From an uncultured Verrucomicrobiae bacterium (GTDB taxonomy: Bacteria > Verrucomicrobiota > Verrucomicrobiia > Limisphaerales > Palsa-1400), in the NCBI GenBank assembly GCA_963759415.1, contig CAVWZG010000003.1, positions 799,031 through 863,030 on the forward strand: a stretch of 64,000 nucleotides of DNA, read 5' to 3'. The position numbers were made by a program, and so were the translations under genes. The notes below the pieces were generated by a model that ran no database searches, was not told where the DNA came from, and worked only from the letters and a program-made list of their open reading frames with translations. Numbering within the stretch: the first letter of the stretch is position 1; each line of letters starts with the position of its first letter. Positions 37,503-46,588 of this stretch are shown here, piece after piece.

Positions 37503-38666
37503 TTACTGGACTTTCGAAGGCGGAAAGACAAGGACAGTGTGCGCGTCGCGAAAGGCTCGGGTGGCCGGCCCCAATTTGTCCAGACCGCCGTTGTCGTCCA
37601 CCCCATTGGAAGTCCAACCCATGACCCCTTGCCAGCCGTTCTGACAAGCGGTTTCATAGTCCTCTGTCGTGGTATGGTTGGCGGTCCCTTTGGTCGGACA
37701 TTCGCCAACGAGGGCGGGCCGGGCCGGGGGCAGGCCATAAGCCACGGGACCCATGTAAAAGGGATTGCTATGTTTGTTGAAATTCTGCCAGTCGTAATAA
37801 TGCGGAGAGTAGAAATCAACGCGCGCGCGTGAATCGCCTCCGGCCAGGGCCTGCAGCACTCGATCGTTGAGCACATTGGATGCGTAGGCGCCGCGGCTGT
37901 CGGAGAGGTACTTGGGACCCATGGCCATCCCTACTGTGACGAGGATATCGCTGTGGGCGTGAATCGCCGCCGAGGCCCTGGCAACATAGGTTTGAAATGG
38001 ATCCCAGGGCATCTTGCCACACTCCGCGTTCTCATGAATCCAGTCTGGCTCGTTGCAGAGATCAATGCTCCACAACCAGGGGTTGCTCTTGTAGCGGTTG
38101 ACGAACGGGACCACGTAATTCCCCACCATCGAATCCACGTTGTTGGTGTCCGTGAGCATGTTTCGCCAACGTTGGTGGTTGGCGTGTGCGCTCGAAAAAT
38201 TATTGTGTGAAATCAATGTCGCCATGACGTAAACCCGCCGGGCCTGGGCGATGCGGAAAAGACTATCGAGATCGCTCCAAAAGGCGGGCGTGCAATCCGA
38301 GACGTGGCCGGCTGGGGAAATGTTGATGCCCACCTCGCCGTTGCAGGAAATCCAGATCCGGGTGGCGTTGATCCCGTTTTCGTGCAATTGCTCGAAGTGT
38401 TTGTCCCACCAGGCCGGGTCAAAGCCGCCGCCGATTTCATTCCAGTTGTGCCACGGGGTGTTGGCCCCGTTGATCCAAATCCGGTCCGCCCCGGCCCGAA
38501 ACTCAGTGCCGGAGATCGTGATACGGTCGCCAAAACCCCCTCGCGCAGAAAGCACGCCGGCAAAGGCCGCGAACGCGCCGACAACCCAATACGCGGACAT
38601 CGCTCTTCGGAGGCCAACCCATATTCGCATGCATGGCCAACGATATCGAGGGGGAGCATTTTTCAT
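37503..38666 (-). CDS. Glycoside hydrolase family 5-like (endo-beta-mannanase type)
   Basis: IWINGANTPWHNW, GINATRIWI, WSIDLCNEPDW (acid/base NEP). The longer ORF start 38798 is unlikely. Confidence 0.7.
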   Translation of the reverse strand: MKNAPPRYRWPCMRIWVGLRRAMSAYWVVGAFAAFAGVLSARGGFGDRITISGTEFRAGADRIWINGANTPWHNWNEIGGGFDPAWWDKHFEQLHENGINATRIWISCNGEVGINISPAGHVSDCTPAFWSDLDSLFRIAQARRVYVMATLISHNNFSSAHANHQRWRNMLTDTNNVDSMVGNYVVPFVNRYKSNPWLWSIDLCNEPDWIHENAECGKMPWDPFQTYVARASAAIHAHSDILVTVGMAMGPKYLSDSRGAYASNVLNDRVLQALAGGDSRARVDFYSPHYYDWQNFNKHSNPFYMGPVAYGLPPARPALVGECPTKGTANHTTTEDYETACQNGWQGVMGWTSNGVDDNGGLDKLGPATRAFRDAHTVLVFPPSKVQ

Positions 38667-38867
38667 TTCTTGATATAGTTTCCGCTGCGAACCAAAAGCA
38701 AACAAAAAAAGGTAGTGGTACAGTTTCAATCTTCCCGTCTTTTCAAAATTGCAATTCCCTCGGTCGCAGTATTCGGCCAAATCGTGACGAGTTCCCACCC
38801 TTCTTTGCCAAGCTCATCAAGCTTGTTAATAGCAATTTAACATTTTAATTAAAACATTAAATTCCCA

Positions 38868-38900
38868 TTGACATAAAGCCCCGAATGGCGTAATTTACGC
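38868..38900 (+). promoter_or_regulatory. Candidate sigma-70 promoter (TTGACA-17 nt-TAATTT), with the dyad GCGTAA-T-TTACGC overlapping the -10 element, upstream of higB
   Basis: Read directly from the sequence. Ends 8 nt before the higB ATG (38908). Confidence 0.4.
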
Positions 38901-38907
38901 AAGATAG

Positions 38908-39204
38908 ATGGAGATTGAGTTCCATTATGATGACCTAAACCGACTGGAAACCGAGGCAGAATATGATGCGGGATATGCCAAAGATGTTGTTAGGGCATAC
39001 CGAAAACGGATACAGGCGATTCGGGCTGCCAATGACGAACGCGATTTATACGCCGTCAAAGGGAATCGTTTTGAAAAGTTGCAAGGCGCAAGGTCGCATC
39101 AGCACTCTCTCAGAATTAACGACAAATGGAGATTGATAGTGCAGATAAAAGAATCTAATCCCAAGAATATTATAATCGTAATCGCCATAGAGGATTATCA
39201 CTGA
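38908..39204 (+). CDS. higB: HigB-type (RelE/ParE superfamily) toxin
   Basis: 98 aa. FEKLQGARSHQHSLRINDKWRLIV ... IAIEDYH C-terminus typical of HigB killer proteins. Confidence 0.75.
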   Translation: MEIEFHYDDLNRLETEAEYDAGYAKDVVRAYRKRIQAIRAANDERDLYAVKGNRFEKLQGARSHQHSLRINDKWRLIVQIKESNPKNIIIVIAIEDYH

Positions 39205-39206
39205 CT

Positions 39207-40346
39207 ATGAGCAACCGAATACCAGCAGAAGTTTTTTCGCCAGGAGAATTCATCCTTGATGAACTTGATGAGCGCGGATGGACACAAAGCAGCTTGGCGA
39301 AAATTACCGGCAGGCCAGATTCGACCATTAGCGCTCTTATCTCCGGGAAACAGGCTCTTACGCCTGAAATCGCAACTGAGCTTGCAAGCGCATTCGGCAC
39401 AAGCCCACAATTTTGGCTCAACTTGGAAAACGCATACCGTCTTTCAAAGATCGTGGATGTCAGTGCTGAGATTAAACAACGCGCCAAGATGTTTGTGGCC
39501 GCGCCTGTGCGAGACATGGAACGGCGCGGTTGGATTCGTGTTTGCGATTCAATGGCAGATACCGAAAAAGAACTTGCAAGGTTTTTTTCGATCCCTTCAC
39601 TTGACCGGCTTCCGAATCTCCGAGTTGCCGCTAAAGCATCCGTCCAAAATGGAAGCTCTTTAACAGCAGAGCAGCTTGCTTGGTGCGTGCGCGCGCTCCA
39701 ATTGGCAAAGTCTGTTCCGGCAAAAGATTATAGTGAGAAATCATTTGAAGAAGGGGTCATAAAACTGCGAAAGCTCGCTGACTTTCCGGAGAATTCCAGC
39801 AAGGTGCCAAGAATTTTAGCAGAGATGGGAATCAGGTTTGTTGTTATTGAACACCTGGCAAAAAGCAAAATTGATGGTGCGGCTCTTTGGCTCGGAGAAG
39901 GCGACGATTGGGGCAAGCCGGTGGTGGCCCTTTCTCTTCGTTACGATAGAATTGATTCGTTTTGGCATACGCTATTTCACGAGTTATCACACATTAAAAA
40001 CAGGGATTCATATGTGGTAGATGTTGATATCGTGGGAGCCGACAGGTGTTTGTCAAATGATGCCTTATCCGAAATTGAGGCAAGGGCCAATCAAGAAGCG
40101 GCAGATATGTTAATCCCAAATCAGACCATGGATTCATTTATTTCGCGGACGCGGCCTTTTTATTACACTTCGAGAATAATTCAATTTGCGAATTTGTTGA
40201 AAATTCACCCCGGAATTATTGCAGGGCAGCTTCAGCACAGGAAACAAATAGGCTGGGCCTCTCACCGAAAAATGCTTGTTAAAGTGAGAGACATTTTGAT
40301 CTCCGGTTCCATGACAGATGGATGGGGCGCGGCAAGCACAAAATGA
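39207..40346 (+). CDS. HigA-family XRE HTH antitoxin fused to an ImmA/IrrE (COG2856, M78) zinc metallopeptidase domain
   Basis: N-terminal PGEFILDELDERGWTQSSLAKITGRPDSTISALISGKQALTPEIATELASAFGTSPQFWLNLE. C-terminal half has HEXXH as FHELSHI. Confidence 0.8.
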   Translation: MSNRIPAEVFSPGEFILDELDERGWTQSSLAKITGRPDSTISALISGKQALTPEIATELASAFGTSPQFWLNLENAYRLSKIVDVSAEIKQRAKMFVAAPVRDMERRGWIRVCDSMADTEKELARFFSIPSLDRLPNLRVAAKASVQNGSSLTAEQLAWCVRALQLAKSVPAKDYSEKSFEEGVIKLRKLADFPENSSKVPRILAEMGIRFVVIEHLAKSKIDGAALWLGEGDDWGKPVVALSLRYDRIDSFWHTLFHELSHIKNRDSYVVDVDIVGADRCLSNDALSEIEARANQEAADMLIPNQTMDSFISRTRPFYYTSRIIQFANLLKIHPGIIAGQLQHRKQIGWASHRKMLVKVRDILISGSMTDGWGAASTK

Positions 40347-40356
40347 AAGAACATTT

Positions 40357-40614
40357 ATGGCTAAAACAAAAACAGAATTTTTACAAGACGTAGTGGCGCA
40401 CTATCGAGATGCCGGTCAAGAATGGCCAGCAACAGCAAGGCAGATAGGAGCATGGGCAATTCGGGAGGGGCATTGGAAAGCACCAATTAAGAATCAAATC
40501 CACCAGTGCGCGGAAGAGATTGCGTCTGCGATGCGACAGGAATATTACACAGACCCGCAAGGCAGATCAACTAACCCGCGGGCTTTGGCGGCTCCGGCTG
40601 GCGCGTCAAAGTGA
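40357..40614 (+). CDS. Small hypothetical ORF at the islet edge, possibly a 5' gene remnant
   Basis: The AT-richer part ends ...QEYYTDPQGRS. The last ~15 codons run antisense through the GC-rich 3' end of the convergent CNNM gene. Confidence 0.35.
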   Translation: MAKTKTEFLQDVVAHYRDAGQEWPATARQIGAWAIREGHWKAPIKNQIHQCAEEIASAMRQEYYTDPQGRSTNPRALAAPAGASK

Positions 40615-41899
40615 GCCGCGCGACCTTCATCCCGTCCGTGCGCTCGACGCGCAATTCATAAGGCCCCAAGGTGAGCGCATCGCCCGCTTTGGGAAAGCCC
40701 CCGAGCCGTTCCGTAACCCAGCCGCTGGTGGTGGCGACGTTGTCGCCAGACAAGTTCTGCCCCACCAACTCGGCCAACTCGTGCAAAGGCAGGGCGCCGT
40801 CGATTTCCCACTGGTCCTGGCCCTGGCGCAGCAGCAGCGGTTTCTCCTGGTCGAATTCGTCCTGAATCTGTCCGACCAATTCCTCCAGGACGTTCTCCAG
40901 CGTGACCATGCCGACCGTGCCGCCGTATTCATCGACCACGATGGCGAAATGGAGTTTGCGCTCCAAAAAGAGCTGGAGCAGTTTTTCCAGCCGGGTCGTT
41001 TCGGGCACGTAAATCAACTTGCGCGCCACCGTCGCGAGATCCTGCCCGCGCGCCGCCTGGCTGCGCATCGCGAAGAGGTCCTTGATGTGAACCACGCCGA
41101 GCGTCTTGTCCAAGTCGCCCCCGTCGCACAGCGGAAAGCGCGAATAGCGGGTTTTTTCGGCTAACTCCAGGCACTCGTTCAAGCTGGCCTCGGTGTTGAA
41201 GGCGGAGATTTCCATGCGCGGACGCATGACGTTGCGGACGATGCGCCGGCTCAGATCCAACGCGTTGAGGATGATCTCGTGGCCCAGGCGCGTGGCGCCG
41301 GCGCGGCTTTGGTTAAGCATCAGGCGCAATTCCTCCTCGGAGTGAACCAGCGTCGCGCTTGCCGGCTCGATGCCCACGCGGCACAACAGCCATTGAGCGG
41401 AACGGTTCAAGACCCAGTTGAAGGGATAGGAGGCCCGGTAAAACCAGTGCAGCGGGGCCGCGATCGTCAAAGCAGCCGGCAAAGCTCGTTGAATGGCGAA
41501 CCATTTCGGACCCAATTCCCCCAGCACGATTTCCAGGAAGGTGACCGTGGTGAACCCGACGGCGAAGGCAACGGATTTCTGCACCTCCGGTCCGCCGAGG
41601 CCCATCCATTGCAAGGGCGGCATCAGCAACGAAAGAAACACGGGCGCCGCCAGCCAGCCCAGGCCCAGGCTGGCCATGGTGATGCCCAATTGCGTGGCGC
41701 TGAGATAGGAAGTCAGATGGCGCAAAATATGCCGGGCCAGCCGCGCGCGGCTGTTTCCGGCCAAGATCAAGGCGTCGAGTTGCGTGTCGCGCAGCTTGAC
41801 AAAGGCGAATTCGGCCGCGACAAAAAAGCCGTTGACCAGGATGATGGCCAGCATGCCCAGGAGATGAAGCGCGTTGGCGGCCAGGGCGTCGCTGTTCAT
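40571..41899 (-). CDS. CNNM/CorB-family protein (DUF21 TM domain + CBS pair + CorC_HlyC domain)
   Basis: NGFFVAAEFAFVKLR, CBS pair region, C-terminal GDALTLGPYELRVERTDGMKVARL. Confidence 0.85.
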   Translation of the reverse strand: MNSDALAANALHLLGMLAIILVNGFFVAAEFAFVKLRDTQLDALILAGNSRARLARHILRHLTSYLSATQLGITMASLGLGWLAAPVFLSLLMPPLQWMGLGGPEVQKSVAFAVGFTTVTFLEIVLGELGPKWFAIQRALPAALTIAAPLHWFYRASYPFNWVLNRSAQWLLCRVGIEPASATLVHSEEELRLMLNQSRAGATRLGHEIILNALDLSRRIVRNVMRPRMEISAFNTEASLNECLELAEKTRYSRFPLCDGGDLDKTLGVVHIKDLFAMRSQAARGQDLATVARKLIYVPETTRLEKLLQLFLERKLHFAIVVDEYGGTVGMVTLENVLEELVGQIQDEFDQEKPLLLRQGQDQWEIDGALPLHELAELVGQNLSGDNVATTSGWVTERLGGFPKAGDALTLGPYELRVERTDGMKVARLTLTRQPEPPKPAG

Positions 41900-42882
41900 A
41901 GGGTGACTTCTCCAAAAATCGCTTTGAGCACGTCCTGCAACGTCACGATCCCGGCTTCGCGCTTGTCCTGCCCCAGCACCACCGCCATGCGCCAGCCGAT
42001 GTGTTGCATGCGGCGCAGAGCTTCCTCCAATGGCAAATCATCCGGCAAGTAGAAAGCAGGTTGCAGGTAATCCCGCACCGGCTTGGCCGGATCGGCCTCG
42101 GTCGAGAAGAGCACGTGTTCCAGATTGACTATCCCGGTAATGCGCCGTGTTGACGTCTCCACCGCCGGCACGCGCGTCAGCTTCCGCTGCCGGCACAAGG
42201 CCAGGGCTTCGGACAAGGGTTGATCGGCGGCGACGGTGGCGGCGTTGGCCATCGGCACCATAACGTGGCGCAAGCGCAAATTGGGCAGGTCCAGAACGCG
42301 GTTGATCATAACCCTTTCCTCGCTGGTCAAGCTCGGGGCGGCATCCTGCATGACGAAGCGCAATTCCTCCCGGCTGGCGAAGAGCCGGCCCGTGTTTGCC
42401 TGTCCACCCGTCCAACGCAGCAGGCCGCGCGAAAACCAGGCCACCACCGCCACCAGCGGCGCCAGCAATCGGTGAATGACCCGGAACGGCACTGCGCAGG
42501 CCAGCGACAGTTGATTGGGATAACGCTGAAAAAGCGTCTTGGGCACCAGTTCGCAAACAATGTAAAATAGAAATACGCACGCCATGAACACTGCCGCCTC
42601 ACCCACCGTCCGGTGTCCCAACCAATGCCGCAATTGAAGGACGCCCAGGCTGAATATGGCAAAATTGACCACCGTGTTTCCGACCAGGATGGTCCACAGG
42701 AAATCCTCCGGGTTTTGCAGGAACCGGTGCAAGACCGCCGCCCGCCGGTCGCCGCTGCGCATGCGTTGCCGGATGCGGAAGCGGTTCAAGGCCAGCACGC
42801 CCGTTTCCATGCCCGAAAACAGGATGGAAAGCGCCGCGCAAATCAGCGCTGCCAGCCAAACCAGGATGTCGCTGTCTGTCAT
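41896..42882 (-). CDS. CNNM/CorB-family paralogue (DUF21 + CBS pair, no CorC_HlyC domain)
   Basis: FSGMETGVLALNRFRIRQ. CBS region. 328 aa, ending right after CBS. ATGA overlaps on both sides. Confidence 0.8.
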   Translation of the reverse strand: MTDSDILVWLAALICAALSILFSGMETGVLALNRFRIRQRMRSGDRRAAVLHRFLQNPEDFLWTILVGNTVVNFAIFSLGVLQLRHWLGHRTVGEAAVFMACVFLFYIVCELVPKTLFQRYPNQLSLACAVPFRVIHRLLAPLVAVVAWFSRGLLRWTGGQANTGRLFASREELRFVMQDAAPSLTSEERVMINRVLDLPNLRLRHVMVPMANAATVAADQPLSEALALCRQRKLTRVPAVETSTRRITGIVNLEHVLFSTEADPAKPVRDYLQPAFYLPDDLPLEEALRRMQHIGWRMAVVLGQDKREAGIVTLQDVLKAIFGEVTL

Positions 42883-44108
42883 CGCTTTTTAACCACCTCG
42901 ACCAACAAATCCTGAATGCGGCGCTGCTCCGCCGCCTCCACCGTCAGACGCAAGCCGGCCACCGTCACCGACTCCCCGGCCACGGGCACGACCTCGAATT
43001 GCTGGAGCGCCAGTCCGGCCATCGTTTCGCAGCCGGGGAATTCGGGCAGTTGGGGATATTCGCGGCGGAAATTGTCCAGGCGCAATCCACCGCTGACTCG
43101 CCAGCGATTTTCGCCCAACTTTTCCAGGACGGCGCGTTCGGTGGTCTGCTCGCCGCGAATTTCGCCCAGGACCTCCTCCAGGATGTCCTCGATGGTCACG
43201 ATGCCGGCGGTGCCGCCAAACTCGTCCAGCACGATGGCCAGGCCTCGCTGTTGGCGCTGGAGACTCTTCAACAATTGCAACAAATTCATGCTCTCCGGGA
43301 CGAAGGACGGAAACTCGATGGCCAGGGCCAGGTCCTCCTCCGGATCCAGCAGCAAGGCGCGCGTATTCAGAACGCCCACGATCGTATCGACCGATTCGTC
43401 GTAGATGGGCAGCCGGCGATGTTTGAAACGGCGGGCGGCCTCCATCATTTCCGGAACGGAAAGGTCGTCGGAAATGCAGGCCATTTGCGCCCGCGCCTTC
43501 ATCACGTCGCCGGCGTGGCGGCGGTCCAGGTTGATGATTTGCAGGATGATTTCCTTTTCCCCCGCCGCCAGCGCGCCTTGCTGGTAGGCCATCTCGAGCA
43601 ACTCCTGATACTCCGCGTCGGAAAGCCCCGCCGCCGGGGCCGGGGGATGGGGAAAGGCGCGCAGGCTCAAGTTGGTCAATCCCTGTGCCACGCGCCGCAA
43701 AGGACGGCTGATTTTTTGCAGGAAGAGCATGACGCCGGCAACGCGCAAGGCCCAAAGTTCCGGCGCACGGACGGCAAGCGTCTTGGGCGCCACCTCGCCG
43801 CCAAATAGAATGAGCACCAGCAACGCCGCCAAGACCGCCGGCAGCGGCCAGTCACGGCGTATCGCCAGCAAAAGCGCGATGGCCACAATGCCGGCATTGG
43901 CAAAGCTGTTGCCCAGCACCAGCGTGGCCAGCAAGTCTTGCGGCTCGGACAATAACCGGCTGATGATTTTCCCCAGAGCCGGCGAGCGCGCCTCCAACTG
44001 GCGCAACTGCCATTTGCCCAGCGAGAATAGAGACGTTTCGGCCAGCGCGAAAAAGAAGCTGGCCCCGGCAAAAAGAACCAAAACCACCACTGCCAGAGTC
44101 GGCGTCAT
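42879..44108 (-). CDS. CNNM/CorB-family protein (DUF21 + CBS pair + CorC_HlyC)
   Basis: FFFALAETSLFSLGKWQLRQ. LDEFGGTAGIVTIEDILEEVLGEI. C-terminal GESVTVAGLRLTVEAAEQRRI. Confidence 0.85.
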   Translation of the reverse strand: MTPTLAVVVLVLFAGASFFFALAETSLFSLGKWQLRQLEARSPALGKIISRLLSEPQDLLATLVLGNSFANAGIVAIALLLAIRRDWPLPAVLAALLVLILFGGEVAPKTLAVRAPELWALRVAGVMLFLQKISRPLRRVAQGLTNLSLRAFPHPPAPAAGLSDAEYQELLEMAYQQGALAAGEKEIILQIINLDRRHAGDVMKARAQMACISDDLSVPEMMEAARRFKHRRLPIYDESVDTIVGVLNTRALLLDPEEDLALAIEFPSFVPESMNLLQLLKSLQRQQRGLAIVLDEFGGTAGIVTIEDILEEVLGEIRGEQTTERAVLEKLGENRWRVSGGLRLDNFRREYPQLPEFPGCETMAGLALQQFEVVPVAGESVTVAGLRLTVEAAEQRRIQDLLVEVVKKR

Positions 44109-44254
44109 CGGCCAAGTATTGACCCAGAAAAGCCCGATACAAAAGGTAAAAATGATATAGTACTAAGCGGGTAGTAGATGATAGGCCCATTTTAACTGCG
44201 GTTTCTTGTTGCTTGTCAGCCGCAATTGAAGTTATCTATGCTATTGCAACCAAT

Positions 44255-44626
44255 ATGAAACGTGATCCGGTGAGTGCGATGAAAATGCAACATCAGCCAG
44301 GTGATCGGTGCGCAGCGCAGCTGCGCTCGATGCTGGCTTTGTCATTGGCGTTCAGCCTGGGCCTCTTCACTGGCTGCAAGCAACATGGGTCTGGATCGGA
44401 CTATAGGGTGGAGGAGCAAAGCGGAAACGTAAGCCCCGAAGAAGCCGCCGTTTTGGCGCAATTGACCGTGGAGCTGCGCCGGACGATGAACACCAATCCG
44501 AAGCACCTCTCGGGCAGCTTCGAGGAGTTTGCCGTTTTGCGGAGCGATTTAATCATCCCGCCGCCCCCGGCCGGAAAAAAGTACGCCATCAGCAAAAAGT
44601 GGAAAGTGGTCATGGTTGCCCGTTGA
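44255..44626 (+). CDS. Small lipoprotein, unknown function
   Basis: Lipobox LGLFTGC after a hydrophobic leader. Start is ambiguous (44213, 44255 or 44279). Confidence 0.5.
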   Translation: MKRDPVSAMKMQHQPGDRCAAQLRSMLALSLAFSLGLFTGCKQHGSGSDYRVEEQSGNVSPEEAAVLAQLTVELRRTMNTNPKHLSGSFEEFAVLRSDLIIPPPPAGKKYAISKKWKVVMVAR

Positions 44627-44639
44627 AAGAACTGATAAT

Positions 44640-45608
44640 ATGAAAAATAAATCGAAATCGCCTGGCATCGCCAGAGCATCGGCACTGCCGAAGGCCTTCA
44701 CCTTGATCGAGCTGTTGGTGGTCATTGCGATCATCGCTATTTTGGCCGCCATGTTGTTGCCCGCGCTGACCAGAGCCAAGCAGGCAGCCATGAAAACCCA
44801 ATGCGTCAGCAACCTAAAGCAACTCGGCTTGGGAATGAACTTATTCGTGGATGACAACAAGCAATCTTACCCGCCCGCCGGATTTGAAGGCACCGGCCTG
44901 TCGATCCAAATGACTTGGGACTCTTATATTAACCGCTTTATCGGCGGCCACAGTGCCTTGCTGGAGTTGACCTCCCAAGGCGGCCTCTCGGCGGGCGACG
45001 CTCCTAAAGTCCTGCAGTGCCCCTGCGACAGCGGTCCCGACGCCGGCGGCCTGCCCAGTGACGACACAGGCGCCCTCAGTGCCGCCTACCCCGGCATTTT
45101 CTCCCGCAGAAGCTATAACATGGTGACGTGGGTCAATTCCACGGGCAATACGACTCCCTACACGCCGGGAACATACCCAACACCGCCCTTCGGTTTAGGC
45201 TTAATCTGGGATGCGACAACCGGCGGAACCCCAGTGGATGCCTTGAATGCGGTGGGTTACCCGACCAGGTTCGCCCCGGATCCTGCGGGGACAATCATGC
45301 TCGCCGAAGAATGCTACGGCAACAACTTTGCCGGAAACGTCTATCCTTGCACCGTTCATGGGCCTATCAATCCGAACACCTTTGCTGGTCAAGGAATGCG
45401 CTACCAAATTGACGCGTCGGATCCGGCCAACTACGGGCTGAAGGTTTATAAAGCTCAGGGGCAGAAGTTCGACTATCTCTTTCACGACGCTCACGTTCAG
45501 ACTTTGAGCTGGCAGCAAACACTCGGCCCACTCGGCCCAAACACCGTCAAGTTAGCCACCACCAGCGGGACCGTGAAGGGAATGTGGACGGTCAAGCTCG
45601 GCGATTGA
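44640..45608 (+). CDS. Prepilin-type N-terminal cleavage/methylation domain protein (pseudopilin-like, PVC-type expansion family)
   Basis: [26 protein letters not shown] ... C-terminal [11 protein letters not shown] motif. Confidence 0.85.
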   Translation: MKNKSKSPGIARASALPKAFTLIELLVVIAIIAILAAMLLPALTRAKQAAMKTQCVSNLKQLGLGMNLFVDDNKQSYPPAGFEGTGLSIQMTWDSYINRFIGGHSALLELTSQGGLSAGDAPKVLQCPCDSGPDAGGLPSDDTGALSAAYPGIFSRRSYNMVTWVNSTGNTTPYTPGTYPTPPFGLGLIWDATTGGTPVDALNAVGYPTRFAPDPAGTIMLAEECYGNNFAGNVYPCTVHGPINPNTFAGQGMRYQIDASDPANYGLKVYKAQGQKFDYLFHDAHVQTLSWQQTLGPLGPNTVKLATTSGTVKGMWTVKLGD

Positions 45609-45638
45609 TAGCTGTCCCGTTGGGCCTCGCTTTCGGCG

Positions 45639-45670
45639 CAAAAAAAATCAGGCGCCCCACCCGGGGCGCC
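45639..45670 (-). terminator. Terminator-like hairpin oriented for the minus strand (8-bp GC stem, U-tract only on the minus strand)
   Basis: Plus strand reads AAAAAAAATCA-GGCGCCCC-ACCC-GGGGCGCC. No annotated minus-strand gene lies upstream of it. Confidence 0.4.
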
Positions 45671-45821
45671 CCATGAAAACTAACTCTACTGCGGGAGCGA
45701 GCCTACGAGAGTTCGACGCGGTTGTCTGTAGGGCAAAATAATTATTTTTTTGTGAGGCCATACCTTACGAAATGCAGTTGCCGCCCACCGGCCATTTTCG
45801 GCGTGACCCCGCCGCCCGTTC

Positions 45822-46586
45822 GTGTACTTTGCGAGCATTGTGACGACCGCTGATGCCATCAAGCTCCTGGAAAAATTTCGCGCCGGCAAAATTAGTTTAA
45901 CCGACGCCGTCGGGGCCTTTCAGGCGCCGCCGGTGGAAGATTTGGGCTTCGCCCAGGTGGACACGCACCGGGCGCTGCGCAAGGGCTTCGCCGAGGTCAT
46001 TTACGGCGGCGGCAAAACGGCGGCGCAAGTGGTGGAAATCGCCCGCAAAATCCGCGAGCGCGAGGCCCGCCTCTTGATCACCCGCCTGGACGAAGCCCAG
46101 GCGCGGGCCGTAAAGAAGAAGTTCAAGGACGCGCGCCACCATCCGGCCGCCCGTTGCGTCACCATCGATCCCCATCCGCTGCCCAAGCGCCCGGGCGTCA
46201 TCGCGGTGATGTGCGCCGGCACGAGCGATTTGCCGGTGGCCGAGGAAGCCGCCGTCACCGCCGAAATCATGGGCAATCAGGTCGAGCGCCTTTACGATAT
46301 TGGCGTGGCAGGGCTGCATCGGCTGCTCAACAAGCTGGAATTGATCCAAAAGGCGCGGGTGCTCATCGTGGTCGCGGGCATGGAGGGGGCCTTGCCCAGC
46401 GTGGTCGCCGGCCTGGTCAGCCATCCCGTCATTGCCGTGCCGACCAGCGTGGGCTACGGCGCGAATTTTGCGGGATTGACGCCCCTCCTGAGCATGCTCA
46501 ACTCTTGCAGCAGCGGGGTGACGGTCGTAAATATTGACAACGGCTTTGGCGCCGGTTACGCCGCCAGCCAGATCAATGCCCTTTAA
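45822..46586 (+). CDS. larB: Nickel-pincer cofactor biosynthesis protein LarB (PurE-like carboxylase/hydrolase)
   Basis: IAVMCAGTSDLPVAEEA ... IVVAGMEGALPSVVAGL ... VIAVPTSVGYG ... GVTVVNIDNGFGAG. GTG start. Confidence 0.85.
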   Translation: MYFASIVTTADAIKLLEKFRAGKISLTDAVGAFQAPPVEDLGFAQVDTHRALRKGFAEVIYGGGKTAAQVVEIARKIREREARLLITRLDEAQARAVKKKFKDARHHPAARCVTIDPHPLPKRPGVIAVMCAGTSDLPVAEEAAVTAEIMGNQVERLYDIGVAGLHRLLNKLELIQKARVLIVVAGMEGALPSVVAGLVSHPVIAVPTSVGYGANFAGLTPLLSMLNSCSSGVTVVNIDNGFGAGYAASQINAL

Positions 46587-46588
46587 AA

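Noticed and set aside
45686-45889. 67-aa minus-strand ORF upstream of and overlapping larB
   Set aside because: It has no Shine-Dalgarno sequence, an implausible composition, and it overlaps the larB start. The region is kept only as a possible non-coding transcript (see finding).
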